Below are positions 43,749 to 56,517 of a stretch of 64,000 bases of DNA, piece after piece. The DNA lies in NCBI GenBank assembly GCA_963792715.1, contig CAWBXE010000005.1, positions 116,475 through 180,474 on the forward strand. Reading direction: 5' to 3'. This DNA comes from an uncultured Alphaproteobacteria bacterium. Its GTDB lineage: Bacteria > Pseudomonadota > Alphaproteobacteria > Rhizobiales > Xanthobacteraceae. A program made the translations under genes and the position numbers. Within the stretch, counting starts at the first letter, position 1. Every line of letters starts with the position of its first letter. The notes under the pieces were generated by a model. The model searched no databases and was not told the DNA's origin. It was given only the letters and a program-made list of their open reading frames with translations.

Positions 43749-44802
43749 CCTATCTGACCAAGCCGAAATTCCATCATCCATCGCTGCCGAAGAACGCGGT
43801 CGGCTTCACCCGCCGCGACTACGAAGCCTCGACTTCGACCCTGTGCGCGGGCTGCGGCCATGATTCGATTTCGGCCGCGATCATCGAAGCGTGTTTCGAG
43901 CTTTCGATCGAGCCGCATCGCATCGCCAAGATTTCCGGTATCGGCTGTTCGTCGAAAACACCGGATTATTTTCTCGGCGCGTCGCACGGCTTCAATTCGG
44001 TGCATGGCCGCATGCCGTCGGTACTCGACCGGCGCCAATCTCGCCAACCGCGATCTGATCTATCTCGGCGTCTCCGGCGACGGCGATTTCGGCGTCGATC
44101 GGGTTCGGCCAGTTCGCCCACTCGCTGCGCCGCGCCGTCAACATGGTCTATATCGTCGAGAATAATGGCGTCTACGGCCTGACCAAGGGGCAATTTTCGG
44201 CCACCGCCGACCGCGGCTCGAAATCCAAGAAAGGCGCGCTCAACAGCGACAATTCGATCGATCTGGTCGCCATCGCGTTGCAGCTCGGCGCGACATTCGT
44301 GGCACGCAGCTTCTCCGGCGACAAGGGCCAGTTGGTGCCCCTCATCAAGGCGGCGATCCAGCACAAGGGCGCGGCGTTCATCGACGTGATCTCGCCGTGC
44401 ATCGCATTCAACAACCACGCCGGCTCGACCAAGAGCTTCGATTACGTCCGCGCCCACAACGAAGCGGTGAATGCTCTCGACTTCATGGTCGGCCGCGATC
44501 CGATCGTTGTCGACTACGCGCCCGGCAAGGTCGCCACCGTCGAACAGCACGACGGCACGTTTCTCAATCTGCGCAAGCTGAACAACGAATACGATCCGCA
44601 CGATCGCCTCGCGGCGATGAATTTTCTGCAGCGCCATGCCGCGCAAGGCCAGATCGTAACCGGCTTGCTGTACGTCGAGGATGACGCCGAAGATCTTCAC
44701 ATCCATTGCAACACCGTCGAGACGCCGCTAAATCAGCTCAGCGAGGCTGCGCTCTGCCCCGGCTCCGCCGCGCTGGACAAGATCAACGCCGGATTGCGGT
44801 AG
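43745..44802 (+). CDS. 2-oxoacid:acceptor oxidoreductase beta subunit (frameshifts near 44030-44090)
   Basis: TLCAGCGH, SGIGCSS, HGR, SGDGD, NNGVYGLTKGQFS, SPCIAFN. Confidence 0.9.
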
Positions 44803-44972
44803 TCGGTTTTCGTTCCGTCACAAAATATTGCGCATACTGGGCCGCTTAACCTCGCCGAAGCGGTATCGCCGAACCGCAAGTTTTGAGACTATGTGTTGCT
44901 GGATCGTGCCGCGCGGCTGTCCCGAAATCGCCCTGCCGGTCCCTGCCCTCTGAAGCGACAGAAATAAGCATC

Positions 44973-47819
44973 ATGAATCCTGTCAAAGCGCTCGAACAGC
45001 ATGGTCAGTCCGTATGGCTGGACTTTCTCGCCCGAGGTTTCGTCGCCAAAGGCGATCTCAAAAAGCTGATCGATACCGACGGCGTCAAAGGCGTCACCTC
45101 GAACCCGTCGATTTTCGAGAAAGCCATCGGCAGTTCGGATGAATATGACGGCGCAATCGGTGACGCGCTGAAGAATGGCGACCGCCCGGTGGCCGATCTG
45201 TTCGAGCGGCTCGCGGTGGAAGATATTCAGCACGCCGCGGATGTGCTGCGACCGGTCTATGACGAACTCAAGGGCCAGGACGGTTTCGTCAGCCTCGAGG
45301 TTTCGCCCTATCTTGCGCTGGAGACCGAGGACACCATCGCTGAGGCCGAGCGGCTCTGGAAAGCGGTCGATCGCAAAAACCTGATGGTGAAGGTGCCGGC
45401 TACCGCCGAAGGCCTGCCAGCGATCCAGTATCTCATCGGCGAAGGCATCAGCATCAACATCACCCTGCTGTTTTCGCAGGAAGTTTACCGCAAGGTTGCA
45501 GAAGCCTTCCTGGCCGGGCTGGAAAAATATGTCGCTGGTGGCGGCGATCCCTCCCATGTCGCCAGCGTCGCCAGCTTTTTCGTCAGTCGGATCGACAGCG
45601 CGGTCGACAAGCAACTCGACGATAAAATCGCGAAGGCCAACGACCCCACCGAGAAGGCACGGCTTGCCGCCCTGAAGGGCAAGGTCGCCATCGCCAACGC
45701 CAAGATGGCCTATCAGGATTACAAGCAGCTGTTTTCAGGCGCGCGCTGGGACAAGCTCGCGGCCAAAGGCGCCAAACCGCAGCGCTTGCTGTGGGCGTCG
45801 ACCGGCACCAAGAACAAGGACTATCGCGACACGCTCTATGTCGAAGAGTTGATCGGCCGCGACACGGTGAATACGGTGCCGCCGCCCACGCTCGACGCCT
45901 TCCGCGAACACGGCGAGCTGCGCGACAGCCTCGAAGAAAATGTCGACGATGCTAAACGCGTCCTGGAAGAGCTGAAGACGTCGGGCATTTCGCTCGATGC
46001 CATCACCGCCGATCTGGTGAAGGACGGCGTCAAGCAATTCGCCGACGCCGCCGACAAGCTCTATGGCGCGGTGGCGAACAAGCGCGCCGCGTCACTGGCA
46101 GACGGAGTCGACGCGCAGAAGTTGTCGCTTGGTGATGGCCTCGGCAAAGCGGTCGAGAAAAGCACCGAGGAATGGCGTGCGGCGGCCAAGATTCGCCGCC
46201 TCTGGCAAAAGGACAAAACGGTCTGGAATGGCGACGATGAAGACAAGTGGCTGGGCTGGCTAACCAGCGTGTCCGGCGCGGACGTCTGGGATTACGAGGA
46301 TTTCCAGCACAAGGTGAAGGCACAGAATTTCACCGACGCCGTGGTGCTCGGCATGGGCGGATCGAGCCTCGGGCCCGAAGTGCTCGCTAAAACTTTCCCG
46401 AAGAAGTCCGGCTTTCCGAAGCTGCATGTGCTGGACTCCACCGATCCCGCGCAGGTGCGCGCGATGCAGGCTTCCATTAACATTGCGGATACGCTGTTCA
46501 TCGTATCCAGCAAATCCGGCGGCACCACCGAACCCAACGTGATGAAGGATTATTTCTTCACGCGCGTATCTGAGGCTATCGGCGCAGACAAGGCCGGGCA
46601 TCGCTTCATCGCCGTGACCGATCCCGGTTCGTCGCTCGAAAAGACCGCGGTCAGGCAAGGCTTCGCCCGCGTCTTTCACGGCGATCCGACCATCGGCGGA
46701 CGCTATTCCGTGCTGTCGCCGTTCGGGCTCGTACCCGCCGCGGTTGCCGGCATCGACGTGGGTTACGTTCTGAAGCTGGCACTTTCCATGGTGCGCTCGT
46801 GCGGCCCTGACGTTCCGCCGCAGGAAAATCCCGGCGTGCAGCTCGGCCTCGCGATGGGGCTTGCCGGGCTCGAAGGCCGCGACAAGGTGACGATCCTGGC
46901 GTCGCAAAAGATCGCGGATTTTGGCGCGTGGGCGGAGCAGTTGATCGCGGAATCCACCGGCAAAGAAGGCAAAGGCCTCGTTCCCATCGAGGGCGAACCG
47001 CTCGGCGACGCCGGCGTCTACGGCAAGGACCGTTTCTTCATCGATCTGCGGATCGATGGCGACGACGATACCGCCCATGACGACAAGCTTGCGGCACTGG
47101 AAAAGGCCGGGCATCCCGTCGTTCGCATCACGCTGAAATCGATCGACCATATCGGCCAGGAATTCTTCCGCTTCGAAATGGCGACTGCGGTTGCCGGTTC
47201 GATCCTCGGCATCAACCCGTTCAACCAGCCCGACGTCGAAGCTGCCAAGATCAAGACCCGCGAACTCAGCGCGTCCTTCGAGAAGTCGGGATCGCTGCCT
47301 CCGGAAACGCCGGCGATGTCCAGCGCGGAAGCCGACCTCTACACCGACGATGACAACGCCGCCGCGTTGCGCAAAGCCGGCGCCGATGGCGATCTCGGCT
47401 CGTGGCTCAAGGCGCATCTCGCGCGCGCCGGAGCCGGCGACTACGTCGCGCTGCTCGCCTATGTCGAACGCAATGCCGCTGACATCGATATCCTGCAACA
47501 CATGCGGCTCTCGATTCGCGACAAGCGCCGCGTCGCGACGTGCGCCGAATTCGGTCCGCGTTTCCTGCACTCCACGGGACAAGCCTACAAAGGCGGCCCC
47601 GACAGCGGTGTGTTTTTGCAGATCACCGCCGACGACGCGCGTGACCTCGAGGTGCCCGGTCAGAAGGCAAGCTTCGGCATCATCAAGGCGGCGCAGGCGC
47701 GCGGTGATTTCGACGTGCTAACCGATCGCGGCCGCCGCGCGTTGCGCGTGCACCTGAAGGGTGACCTCAAGGCCGGCCTCGCGATGCTCGATAACGCGAT
47801 CCAGAGCGCGCTTACTTAA
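44973..47819 (+). CDS. tal-pgi: bifunctional transaldolase / glucose-6-phosphate isomerase
   Basis: [31 protein letters not shown]; then [44 protein letters not shown]. Confidence 0.93.
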   Translation: MNPVKALEQHGQSVWLDFLARGFVAKGDLKKLIDTDGVKGVTSNPSIFEKAIGSSDEYDGAIGDALKNGDRPVADLFERLAVEDIQHAADVLRPVYDELKGQDGFVSLEVSPYLALETEDTIAEAERLWKAVDRKNLMVKVPATAEGLPAIQYLIGEGISINITLLFSQEVYRKVAEAFLAGLEKYVAGGGDPSHVASVASFFVSRIDSAVDKQLDDKIAKANDPTEKARLAALKGKVAIANAKMAYQDYKQLFSGARWDKLAAKGAKPQRLLWASTGTKNKDYRDTLYVEELIGRDTVNTVPPPTLDAFREHGELRDSLEENVDDAKRVLEELKTSGISLDAITADLVKDGVKQFADAADKLYGAVANKRAASLADGVDAQKLSLGDGLGKAVEKSTEEWRAAAKIRRLWQKDKTVWNGDDEDKWLGWLTSVSGADVWDYEDFQHKVKAQNFTDAVVLGMGGSSLGPEVLAKTFPKKSGFPKLHVLDSTDPAQVRAMQASINIADTLFIVSSKSGGTTEPNVMKDYFFTRVSEAIGADKAGHRFIAVTDPGSSLEKTAVRQGFARVFHGDPTIGGRYSVLSPFGLVPAAVAGIDVGYVLKLALSMVRSCGPDVPPQENPGVQLGLAMGLAGLEGRDKVTILASQKIADFGAWAEQLIAESTGKEGKGLVPIEGEPLGDAGVYGKDRFFIDLRIDGDDDTAHDDKLAALEKAGHPVVRITLKSIDHIGQEFFRFEMATAVAGSILGINPFNQPDVEAAKIKTRELSASFEKSGSLPPETPAMSSAEADLYTDDDNAAALRKAGADGDLGSWLKAHLARAGAGDYVALLAYVERNAADIDILQHMRLSIRDKRRVATCAEFGPRFLHSTGQAYKGGPDSGVFLQITADDARDLEVPGQKASFGIIKAAQARGDFDVLTDRGRRALRVHLKGDLKAGLAMLDNAIQSALT

Positions 47820-47830
47820 GGAATTTTCGA

Positions 47831-48868
47831 ATGCAGCTCGGCATGATCGGCCTCGGCCGGATGGGCGGCAATATCGTTCGACGCCTGATGAAGCACGGAC
47901 ACACGACCGTCGTTTACGATAAGGACCCGAAAGCCGTGACGGCGCTGACTGTCGATGGCGCTGTGGGCGCCGGTGCGCTGGAAGATTTCGTCGGCAAACT
48001 CGAGCGGCCGCGATCGATCTGGGTGATGTTGCCTGCCGGCAAGATCACCGAGACCACGATTCACGAGCTTTCGAAGCTGCTGCAGGCCGGCGATGTCATC
48101 ATCGACGGCGGCAACACCTTCTGGCAGGACGATGTCCGCCGCGGCATGGCGCTGAAAGAACTCGGCATCCACTACATCGATGTCGGCACTTCCGGCGGCG
48201 TGTGGGGCATAGATCGCGGCTACTGCATGATGATCGGCGGCGACAAGGCGCAGGTCGATCGCCTCGATCCGATTTTCGCCGCGATGGCGCCGGGCATCGG
48301 CGAAATCCCTCGTACCGGGGGACGCGACGGCCGCGATCCCCGCGTCGAGCAAGGCTACCTTCATGCCGGACCTGTTGGAGCCGGTCACTTCGTCAAGATG
48401 GTGCACAACGGCATCGAATACGGGCTCATGCAGGCCTATGCCGAGGGCTTCGATATCCTCAAGAACGCCAATATCGACGCGCTGCCGGCCGATCACCGCT
48501 TCGATCTCGACATTCCCGACATCGCAGAAGTATGGCGGCGCGGCAGCGTGATCCCGTCATGGCTGCTTGATCTCGCCGCTTCGGCGCTGGCGAAAAATAA
48601 CACGCTTGACGACTACTCCGGTTTTGTCGAGGATTCCGGCGAAGGCCGCTGGACCGTCAATGCCGCCATCGACGAGGCGGTCCCCGCCGAGGTGCTGACC
48701 GCGGCTTTGTTCGCGCGATTCCGGTCGCGCAAGGATCATACCTTCGCCGACAAGATCCTTTCCGCGATGCGCGACGGCTTTGGCGGCCATAAGGAGCCGC
48801 AGCAGCATCCCGACGCCGCGCACAAGGTCGCGCCAGAGATGATGAAGCCGAAGGCGGATCGCGCGTGA
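47831..48868 (+). CDS. gnd: 6-phosphogluconate dehydrogenase (decarboxylating, short type)
   Basis: [43 protein letters not shown]. Confidence 0.95.
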   Translation: MQLGMIGLGRMGGNIVRRLMKHGHTTVVYDKDPKAVTALTVDGAVGAGALEDFVGKLERPRSIWVMLPAGKITETTIHELSKLLQAGDVIIDGGNTFWQDDVRRGMALKELGIHYIDVGTSGGVWGIDRGYCMMIGGDKAQVDRLDPIFAAMAPGIGEIPRTGGRDGRDPRVEQGYLHAGPVGAGHFVKMVHNGIEYGLMQAYAEGFDILKNANIDALPADHRFDLDIPDIAEVWRRGSVIPSWLLDLAASALAKNNTLDDYSGFVEDSGEGRWTVNAAIDEAVPAEVLTAALFARFRSRKDHTFADKILSAMRDGFGGHKEPQQHPDAAHKVAPEMMKPKADRA

Positions 48869-50376
48869 CTGAGGCTGAGAAAGCGAAAAAGCCGGACCCG
48901 TGTTCGTTCGTGATCTTCGGCGTCACCGGCGATCTCGCGCACCGGCTGGTTGTTCCGGCGCTCTACAATCTCGCAGTTTCCGAATTGCTACCCGACAAAT
49001 TCTGCATCGTCGGCATCGCCCGCAAGAAGCTGGCAGACGGCGCGTTGCGCGACAGCCTGATGAAGGGTCTGCGGGAATTCGCTACCCAGAAGGTCGATGA
49101 CGCCATTGCCAAACGTCTGCTGGATTGCGTTACCTGCATTGAGGCCGATCCCAAAACCCCCGCGTCGTTCGACACGATGCGCAAGGAGCTGGAAACGCAC
49201 GAGGCCAGCAGCGGCACCGACGGCAACCGGCTGTTTTATCTGGCGACGCCGCCGGACGCCTTTGCGCCGATCAGCCGCGAGCTCGGCCGCGCCGGATTGC
49301 TCAGGGAGCATGACGGCAAATGGCGGCGGCTGGTCGTGGAAAAGCCGTTCGGCACCGACCTTCAGTCCGCTAAGGCACTCAACGCTGAACTCTTGAAGAT
49401 CGTCGAAGAGCAGCAGATCTACCGCATCGATCATTATCTCGGCAAGGAAACCGTCCAGAACATTCTGGTGCTTCGTTTCGCCAACGGCATGTTCGAGCCG
49501 ATCTGGAATCGCAATCACATCGATCATGTGCAGATCGTGGTCGACGAGAAGCTCGGCGTGGGCCATCGCGGCAGTTTTTACGACGCCACCGGCGCGCTGC
49601 GTGACATGGTGCCGAACCATCTGTTTCAGCTGCTGTCGCTGATCGCGATGGAGCCGCCTGCCCGGTTCGACGCCCATGCGGTTCGCTCCGAGAAAGCCGA
49701 AGTGCTCGCGGCGATCCAGACCCAGAGCGAAGCCGAGGCCATTGAAAATTCCGCGCGCGGCCAATACCAGGCCGGGAAGATCGGCGACACCGAAATCGAG
49801 GACTACCGCAAGACCGAGGATGTCATACCGGACAGCACCACGGAAACCTATGCCGCTCTGAAACTGACGATCGACAACTGGCGTTGGGCCGGCGTGCCGT
49901 TCTACTTGCGCACCGGCAAGGCGCTTGGCATCAAGCGCACCGAGGTCGCGATCAAGTTCAAGCAAGCGCCGTTCGCGATGTTCCGCAATACGCCAGTGGA
50001 TCGGCTCTCGCAGAATTATCTCGTCATCAGCATCGAGCCGACCGAAGGCATCACACTGCAGTTCAACACCAAGGTGCCCGGCCCGGTTATCGCTATCGAA
50101 GGCGTGGCCATGAAATTTCAGTACAAGGATTACTTCAAGGCCGAGCCGAGCACCGGCTATGAGACGCTGATCTACGATTGCATGATCGGCGATAACATCT
50201 TGTTTCAGCGCGCCGACAGCGTCGAAGCCGGCTGGCAGGCGGTTCAGCCTTTCATCGATGCCTGGAAGAAAGCGGGCGCGGATGGACTTGAGCCATACAA
50301 GGCCGGTAGCGAAGGCCCCGACGGCGTCGCGCAGCTTCTCAAGCGCGATGGCCGCAGCTGGCGGAAACTCGGCTAG
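48865..50376 (+). CDS. zwf: glucose-6-phosphate 1-dehydrogenase
   Basis: [34 protein letters not shown]. Confidence 0.96.
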   Translation: MTEAEKAKKPDPCSFVIFGVTGDLAHRLVVPALYNLAVSELLPDKFCIVGIARKKLADGALRDSLMKGLREFATQKVDDAIAKRLLDCVTCIEADPKTPASFDTMRKELETHEASSGTDGNRLFYLATPPDAFAPISRELGRAGLLREHDGKWRRLVVEKPFGTDLQSAKALNAELLKIVEEQQIYRIDHYLGKETVQNILVLRFANGMFEPIWNRNHIDHVQIVVDEKLGVGHRGSFYDATGALRDMVPNHLFQLLSLIAMEPPARFDAHAVRSEKAEVLAAIQTQSEAEAIENSARGQYQAGKIGDTEIEDYRKTEDVIPDSTTETYAALKLTIDNWRWAGVPFYLRTGKALGIKRTEVAIKFKQAPFAMFRNTPVDRLSQNYLVISIEPTEGITLQFNTKVPGPVIAIEGVAMKFQYKDYFKAEPSTGYETLIYDCMIGDNILFQRADSVEAGWQAVQPFIDAWKKAGADGLEPYKAGSEGPDGVAQLLKRDGRSWRKLG

Positions 50377-50379
50377 CTC

Positions 50380-51126
50380 ATGGCGACGCGCGACGATCGC
50401 AGGGTTATCGTTGTGGCGGACGCGGACCAACTTGCGAAGGTTGCCGCGGAGCGCGTGATCGCGCGAATTTCCGCGAACGACGGGCGCATTGCGATTTGCC
50501 TTACCGGCGGATCGAGTCCGAAGAAACTTTACGAATTGCTCGGTACGGATGCTTACAAGAGCAGTATCCCCTGGCAACGCGCGCATTGGTTCATCGGAGA
50601 CGAACGCTTCGTTCCTGACGACGATCCGCTTAACAACATGAACATGGCGCGGCACGCGTTTCTCGACCGCTGCGCGCCGTCCTCAAATATCCACGCCATT
50701 CCGACCGGCATGGCGACGCCCGACGAGGCCGCGGTCCGCTACGAACATGAGTTGAAGGAGTTCTACGGCGCCGACAACCTAGATGCCGCGAAGCCGCTGT
50801 TCGATCTGGTCTTGCTGGGTGTCGGTCCTGACGGGCATATTGCATCGCTGTTTCCGGGCTATCCTGCCATCGCCGAAAAAACACGCTGGGTGGTCGGCGT
50901 GCCCGAAGCCCACGTCGCGCCGTTCGTGCCGCGCGTCAGCCTTACCTTGCAGGCGCTCAACTCCTGTCGCGAAATGCTGTTCGAAGTCAGCGGCGGAGAT
51001 AAGCGCGCTATCTTGACCCGCGTGTTGTCGGGTGGCGATTTGCCCGCGAACCGGGTTCGTGCCGTCGGCGAGACGGTATGGCTGCTGGATCAGGCCGCGT
51101 TGCCGGAGAATTATCGTGGCCGGTGA
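50380..51126 (+). CDS. pgl: 6-phosphogluconolactonase
   Basis: LTGGSSP, GDERFVP, LLGVGPDGHIASLFP. Confidence 0.93.
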   Translation: MATRDDRRVIVVADADQLAKVAAERVIARISANDGRIAICLTGGSSPKKLYELLGTDAYKSSIPWQRAHWFIGDERFVPDDDPLNNMNMARHAFLDRCAPSSNIHAIPTGMATPDEAAVRYEHELKEFYGADNLDAAKPLFDLVLLGVGPDGHIASLFPGYPAIAEKTRWVVGVPEAHVAPFVPRVSLTLQALNSCREMLFEVSGGDKRAILTRVLSGGDLPANRVRAVGETVWLLDQAALPENYRGR

Positions 51127-51643
51127 TATCCAAAAAATACCTTGCGCGCTGATCGTGATGGGCGTGTCCGGCTCCGGCAAAAGCACCATCGCCGAAAAAC
51201 TCGCGGCCCGGCTGGGCTGGACCTACGAAGACGGTGACAAGTTTCATCCCAAGAGCAATGTCGAAAAGATGCGCGCCGGGCATCCGCTCGCCGACGAGGA
51301 CCGCAAACCGTGGTTGCAGGCGATAGCAACCGAGATTGATCGCGCCTGTGCAGCCGGCGAACATGCCGTGATTGCCTGCTCGGCGCTGAAGCGTTCTTAT
51401 CGTGATATCCTGTTGCATGGCCGCGACGACGTGCGGTTCGTCTATCTCGATGGCTCACAGGAATTGATCGCGAGCCGGCTCGCAAAACGAAAAGATCATT
51501 TTATGCCTCCGGGATTGCTGGATAGCCAGTTCAAGACACTGGAGCCGCCCGGCGCGGATGAAAATCCGATGACGGTGCCCATCGACGCGTCCGTCGACAC
51601 AATTGTCGATAACATCGTGGCGAAGCTCGGACCTCAGTCATGA
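51116..51643 (+). CDS. gntK: gluconokinase (GntK/IdnK type)
   Basis: MGVSGSGKST, DGDKFHP, CSALKRSYR, HFMP..LLDSQF..LEPP. Confidence 0.9.
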   Translation: MAGDIQKIPCALIVMGVSGSGKSTIAEKLAARLGWTYEDGDKFHPKSNVEKMRAGHPLADEDRKPWLQAIATEIDRACAAGEHAVIACSALKRSYRDILLHGRDDVRFVYLDGSQELIASRLAKRKDHFMPPGLLDSQFKTLEPPGADENPMTVPIDASVDTIVDNIVAKLGPQS

Positions 51644-52452
51644 CGCGCATCGCCCTTGTTATCTCCGACGTCGATGGCACGCTGGTGACCAAAGACAAGG
51701 TGCTGACCGACGGCGCCCGCCGCGCGGTACAACGGCTGCACGACGCTGACATCGGCTTCACCATCACCAGCAGCCGGCCGCCTGCGGGAATGCGGTTTCT
51801 AATCGAGCCGCTCGGGATCACGCTGCCGGTCGGTCCATTCAACGGCAGCACGATTGTCGACGCGCAGCTGAAGCTCGTCGAACAACATTTGATCCCGGAA
51901 GTCGCCGCGCGACGCAGCCTCGAAGTCCTTGATGAGTTCGGCGTCGATGCCTGGCTGTTCACCAATGACAAGTGGTACATTCACCGCGACGACGGCAAAT
52001 ACGTGCCACACGAGAAGCGCACGATACAATTCGATCCAACGCTCGTTGCAGACTTCGCACCATTTGTCGCACAGGCCTGCAAGATCGTCGGCGCCAGTCC
52101 TGACGCCGCGCTGCTGGAGCGCTGCGAGAGCGCGATGCAGAAAGCCCTGGGCGCGCAGGCCTCGGCGGTTCGCTCGCAGAGCTATTATCTCGACGTGACG
52201 CCGCCCGGTCAGGACAAGGGCACGTTCCTGGAGGCGATGTCGAAGCGGCTCGGCATTTCGACGGACGCCATCGCTACTTTCGGCGATATGCAGAACGATC
52301 TGGCGATGTTTCGGAAAAGCGGCGTGTCCGTCGCCATGGGCAATGCCACTGACCCGGTGAAGAAGCAGGCGACACATGTGACCGCTTCGAACGAGGAAGA
52401 AGGCTTTGCCGGCGCCGTGGATATTATTTTGAAAGGAAACGGAAGGACGTAG
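51640..52452 (+). CDS. Cof-type HAD-IIB hydrolase
   Basis: SDVDGTL, DKG, FGDMQNDLAM, MGNA. Confidence 0.92.
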   Translation: MTRIALVISDVDGTLVTKDKVLTDGARRAVQRLHDADIGFTITSSRPPAGMRFLIEPLGITLPVGPFNGSTIVDAQLKLVEQHLIPEVAARRSLEVLDEFGVDAWLFTNDKWYIHRDDGKYVPHEKRTIQFDPTLVADFAPFVAQACKIVGASPDAALLERCESAMQKALGAQASAVRSQSYYLDVTPPGQDKGTFLEAMSKRLGISTDAIATFGDMQNDLAMFRKSGVSVAMGNATDPVKKQATHVTASNEEEGFAGAVDIILKGNGRT

Positions 52453-52462
52453 GCCGCCGCCT

Positions 52463-52616
52463 CTTTCTTCCCCTCTCCCCTTGCGGGAGAGGGTGGCGAG
52501 TATCGTGAGATGTGAGGCGGGTACGGGGAAGCGATGATCGCAGACACTTGACCCCTCACCCGCCTTCGATGCTTTGCATCTGTGGCACCCTCTCCCGCAA
52601 GGGAGAGGGAAGAAAG
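52463..52616. repeat. intact rhizobial intergenic palindromic element (RIME/MITE-like)
   Basis: About 31-bp terminal inverted repeats CTTTCTTCCCCTCTCCCCTTGCGGGAGAGGGTG / CACCCTCTCCCGCAAGGGAGAGGGAAGAAAG, each itself a hairpin; between convergent genes. Confidence 0.85.
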
Positions 52617-52624
52617 CGCAGCCG

Positions 52625-54425
52625 TCATTTCGTCCGCTGCATCATCGGCTTATCGGCTTTCTTCTTGGGGCCGGCGAGATTGTGCGCGGTGTTGATCAGC
52701 GCAATGTGAGTCAGCGCCTGTGGAAAATTCCCGGTCTGACGCCGCGCGACCGGGTCATACTCCTCCGCCAGCAAGCCAACGATCGTTTGCCACGCCGACG
52801 ACGCGATCGAACAGCGCCTGCGCCTTGTCGCGTCTCGCCTGCCATCACATAGGCATCGGCGAGCCACAGGCTGCAGGCTAAGAACGCTCCTTCGGCCGGC
52901 TGTTGATCGCCTGGAATTTCGCGGGGATCATGGCGGAGAACAAAACCGTCGCGCATCAAATGCCGCTCGATGGCGGCGAGCGTTCCCAGCACGCGAGGAT
53001 CTGTCGCGGGCAAAAATCCCACCGAGGGCAGCAGCAGGATGCTGGCATCGAGCACCTGCGATCCGTAGGATTCCACGAATGTATTTTGACCGGCGTCGAA
53101 ACCTTTCTCGCAGACGTCGCGATGGATGGTCTCGCGTAACGTGCGCCATCGCTCAAGCGGCGCCTTGAAGCCGAATTTTTCCGCGCTCTTGATGCCGCGA
53201 TCGAAGGCAACCCACGTCATCACCTTGGACGAGACATAGTGCTTGCCGGGCCCGCGCCGCTCCCAGATGCCGCAATCCGGTTGATCCCAGATTTCGGCAA
53301 GATGATCGAGCACCGAGCATTCCAGATCCCAGCTCCCGCCATCGAGCTCCAGCTTCGCCATCCGCCATTGATGAAACGCGTCGATCAGTTCGCCGTAGAC
53401 ATCGAGTTGCAACTGCGCATGCGCGGCGTTGCCGACGCGTACCGGCTGCGCGCCTTCGTAGCCCGGCAGCCAATCGGCCTGCCATTCCAGCAGCCGGCGT
53501 CGGCCGGTGATGCCGTACATGATCTGCATGTTGCCGGGAGCGCCGGCCACGGCGCGCAACAGCCAGTTATGCCACGCCAGCGCTTCCTCGGTGTAGCCGC
53601 TGTTCATCAGCGCCAGCAGCGTGAAAGTAGCATCGCGCAGCCAGCAGAAGCGGTAGTCCCAATTTCGGTCGCCGCCGAGTTTTTCCGGCAGCGACGTCGT
53701 TGGTGCGGCGACAATGCCTCCGGTCGGCGCATAGGTCAGTGCCTTCAGCGTGATCAACGATCGCATTACGAGATCGCGGTTGCCGCCGTCATAGGTGCAT
53801 CGGCCGGACCATTCGTCCCAATACTTCTCGGTCGCGCGCAAGGCCTTCTCCGGATCGATCGCGGCAGGAATTTCCAGATGCGACGGCCCGTAGGTCAGGA
53901 CAAAGGGAATGGTCTCGCCACCGCCGACTTCGAATTCGGCCGTCGTGGTCATGTCCTTGCCGTGCGTTTCAACCGAGGTTCGCAGCACCGTCATGTCGGG
54001 ACCGCAGATTGCGAGCAGCGCGCCGTCAGTGCGTTTCACCCAGGGAATATCGGTGCCGAAACCGAAGCGGATGATCAACTCCATCTGCAGCTTGACGCGG
54101 CCGCTTTCGCCGCGAACCAGGCGAACGATATCGGACGCATGGCCGCGGGGCGGCATGAAGTCGATCAGCGTGACGATTCCGTCAGCGGTCTCGATACGGG
54201 TTTCCAGAATCAGGGAATCGCCGCGGTATCGGCGCGAAACCTTGGTGATTTCGCCTGTAGGCGCGATCAGCCAGCGGCCGTGCTTCTTTTCCCGAGCAGC
54301 GCGGCAAAACAAGCATCGGATTCGAAACTCGGCCAGCACAGCCAGTCGATCGAGCCGTCGCGGCCCACCAGCGCGGCGGTTTCGCAATCGCCGATCAGGC
54401 CGTAATCTTCAATTTTGCAGGGCAT
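52625..54425 (-). CDS. glycoside hydrolase family 15 (glucoamylase/trehalase-like) (frameshifts at both ends)
   Basis: IEDYGLIGDCETAALV, AAPTTSLPE, WDYRFCWLRD, QLDVYGE, GIWE, GNFPQALTH. Confidence 0.9.
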
Positions 54426-54449
54426 TTTTGGTCACGTGATTGGGTGATA

Positions 54450-56413
54450 TCAAACATTTTTCTCCTGCATCCGCTCGCGCGTCGCGTCCTTCAGCGCGGC
54501 AACGTCGATGGCCCCTGCTATCTGCTCTACCGCCACCGGCAACCGGCGACGCCAGTTCGGATGTTCATTTACGGTGCCGGGAATGTTGGGTTGATCGACC
54601 ACCCCCAGTAGATCCTCAAGCGACACGGCTAGTAGCCTGGATCGTGTCTGCGCCAAAAATTTCAAGACGGCGTAAAAATCATCACGATGGATCCCGTGAT
54701 GATGCAATACATCCGAGAGCATGTGGAGGGCATGACGCCGCGCATCGTCGTCCTCGCCGGGATCAATTCCCAGCGAGCGCTTCAGAACCAGATCGTCATA
54801 CCCTGTCCACCCGGCGAAGGTGGAAAGGTCATGCGTGTTGAAGGTAACCAGCGCATTGGCCGTGTAGTGATCGACGCCCTTGAATCGATCCGTCATGATA
54901 GTCGCGTTCGAACATCATCACGAGATAAGACCAGATGCCCCAATCGGCCATCTGCTCGCGAAAGCCTTCCGGCACGGTGCCGAGATCCTCGCCGATCACC
55001 ACGCAGCGATTGGCTGCGCTTTCCTGCGCGGTAACAGCCATCAGAGCCTGGAACGGCATTTGCGCATAGACGCCTTGGTCGGCGCCGAAGCCGCGGGGAA
55101 TAAGATAAAGCCGCATCAGGCCAAGCACGTGATCCAGCCGGATCGCGCCGGCATGACGCATGGAGGCCCGCAGCATCTGCCGAAACGGCTCGAAGGACTG
55201 AGTTTCCAGTCCGGCCGCATTGAAGCCCGCAAGGCCCCAATTCTGCCCTGCGGTATTGAGGATATCGGGCGGCGCGCCAACGGCGAGATGGCGCGAGATC
55301 GCTCCATGATCGTTCCATGCATCGAAGCCATCGGGTTGGACGCCAACGGCAACGTCGAGATAGAGGCCAACCTTCATGCCCAGGCCCAGCGCGCGATCCT
55401 GGCATCGCTCCAACTGGTCTTCGGCGCACCACTGCACGAACTCAACGAATTCGATCTCGTGCGGCATCAACCCCATCGCGCAATTTCTTGCACTTCGCAT
55501 CATCTGGTTGCCGCCATTCCTCCGGCCATTCCCACCACGGCGAATCGAATTTGTGGCGCAGCGTCTCGAAGCAGGCGAAGCGAGAAAGCAACTTTCCACG
55601 CGCGTCGCGAAACTGCTGGAATGAGGCCTTTCGTAAGGTTGCGCGTCTACTTTGAAGGCAGCAAACGCCTCACGCAGCGCACGCCATTTCAATTCGGCCA
55701 CCGCGGCGTAATCGATAATGTTCTTTTGTTTCAGGCCAGCGATGGCTTTCCTGCGACGCCTTATCATCGCGGGCGGACAATTCCGGAAGCCGTTCGACGT
55801 CGATATAAAGCCCGTTGAGAAACATCCGGCTGTTCGGCGAGTATGGGCTGCAGTCGGCCAGGGCGATCGTCAAAAGCACATGAAGGGGATTGAGGCCGAT
55901 GCCCCCTGCCCCGAAATCCGCCGCTACTTCGATCAACCGCTCAAGATCGGTGAAATCGCCGATTCCCCAATTGCGTGTCGGATTTCAAGCCGTAGAGCTG
56001 AACCGCCAGTATCCAGTTCGGTCGAAATCTCCGGCGAAGGCTTTGGACGGCGCGACAACGAATGGCGTCTCCTCGGCAACTGAGGAAGCGTCGGCCAGAT
56101 GCAGCCGGTAAGAACCGCGGGCAAATCGCCGGCCAATGAATGCTTCGATTGTTGACCTCACCCTTGGCGACGATTTCTCGCCGGAGCGGATTTCCCATTT
56201 CACCGGAAGTGCAGCCAATTCGCCGAGTTCGGTGATAGAGTGCTGGCCTGCCCGGACGGCGACCGCCGATTTCAGCAGCCGGCGCGGCGGCTGCGTTGCC
56301 AAGGCATCGAGCGCCACTTTCAGGGCCGCGGCGTCTGTCACCCGGCGGTGGCCTTGCGCGTCGACAAATTCGGTCTGGATGCCGAATTCCTTGGCTTTCG
56401 TGAAAAGGTCCAT
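54450..56413 (-). CDS. malQ: 4-alpha-glucanotransferase (frameshifts)
   Basis: AVQLYGL, GLNPLH, SPYSPNSR, YLDVAVG, GAPPD..GQNWG, RLDHVLGL, GEDLG, THDL, NIPGT..NWR. Confidence 0.9.
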
Positions 56414-56488
56414 TCGGCACACGGCTTGCAACAGGCTAATAAAATTCGCTGGGAAAAGATGAAACAAGAGAACAGGATAGCGACCTTT

Positions 56489-56513
56489 AACGCGCGCCCC
56501 TATGCTCCGTTCC
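56489..56513 (-). promoter_or_regulatory. EcfG/SigT-type promoter for malQ-GH15
   Basis: Minus strand GGAAC-N16-CGTT, exact consensus, 75 nt upstream of the malQ ATG. Confidence 0.75.
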
Positions 56514-56517
56514 CGAT

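Noticed and set aside
44868-44900. Possible EcfG promoter upstream of tal-pgi (CGAAC...GTT)
   Set aside because: The -35 box is mismatched and the spacing is too long.
46260-50655. 440-aa and 555-aa ORFs antisense to tal-pgi and zwf, and similar ones opposite GH15, glgE and treS
   Set aside because: In-register antisense shadows expected at this GC content.
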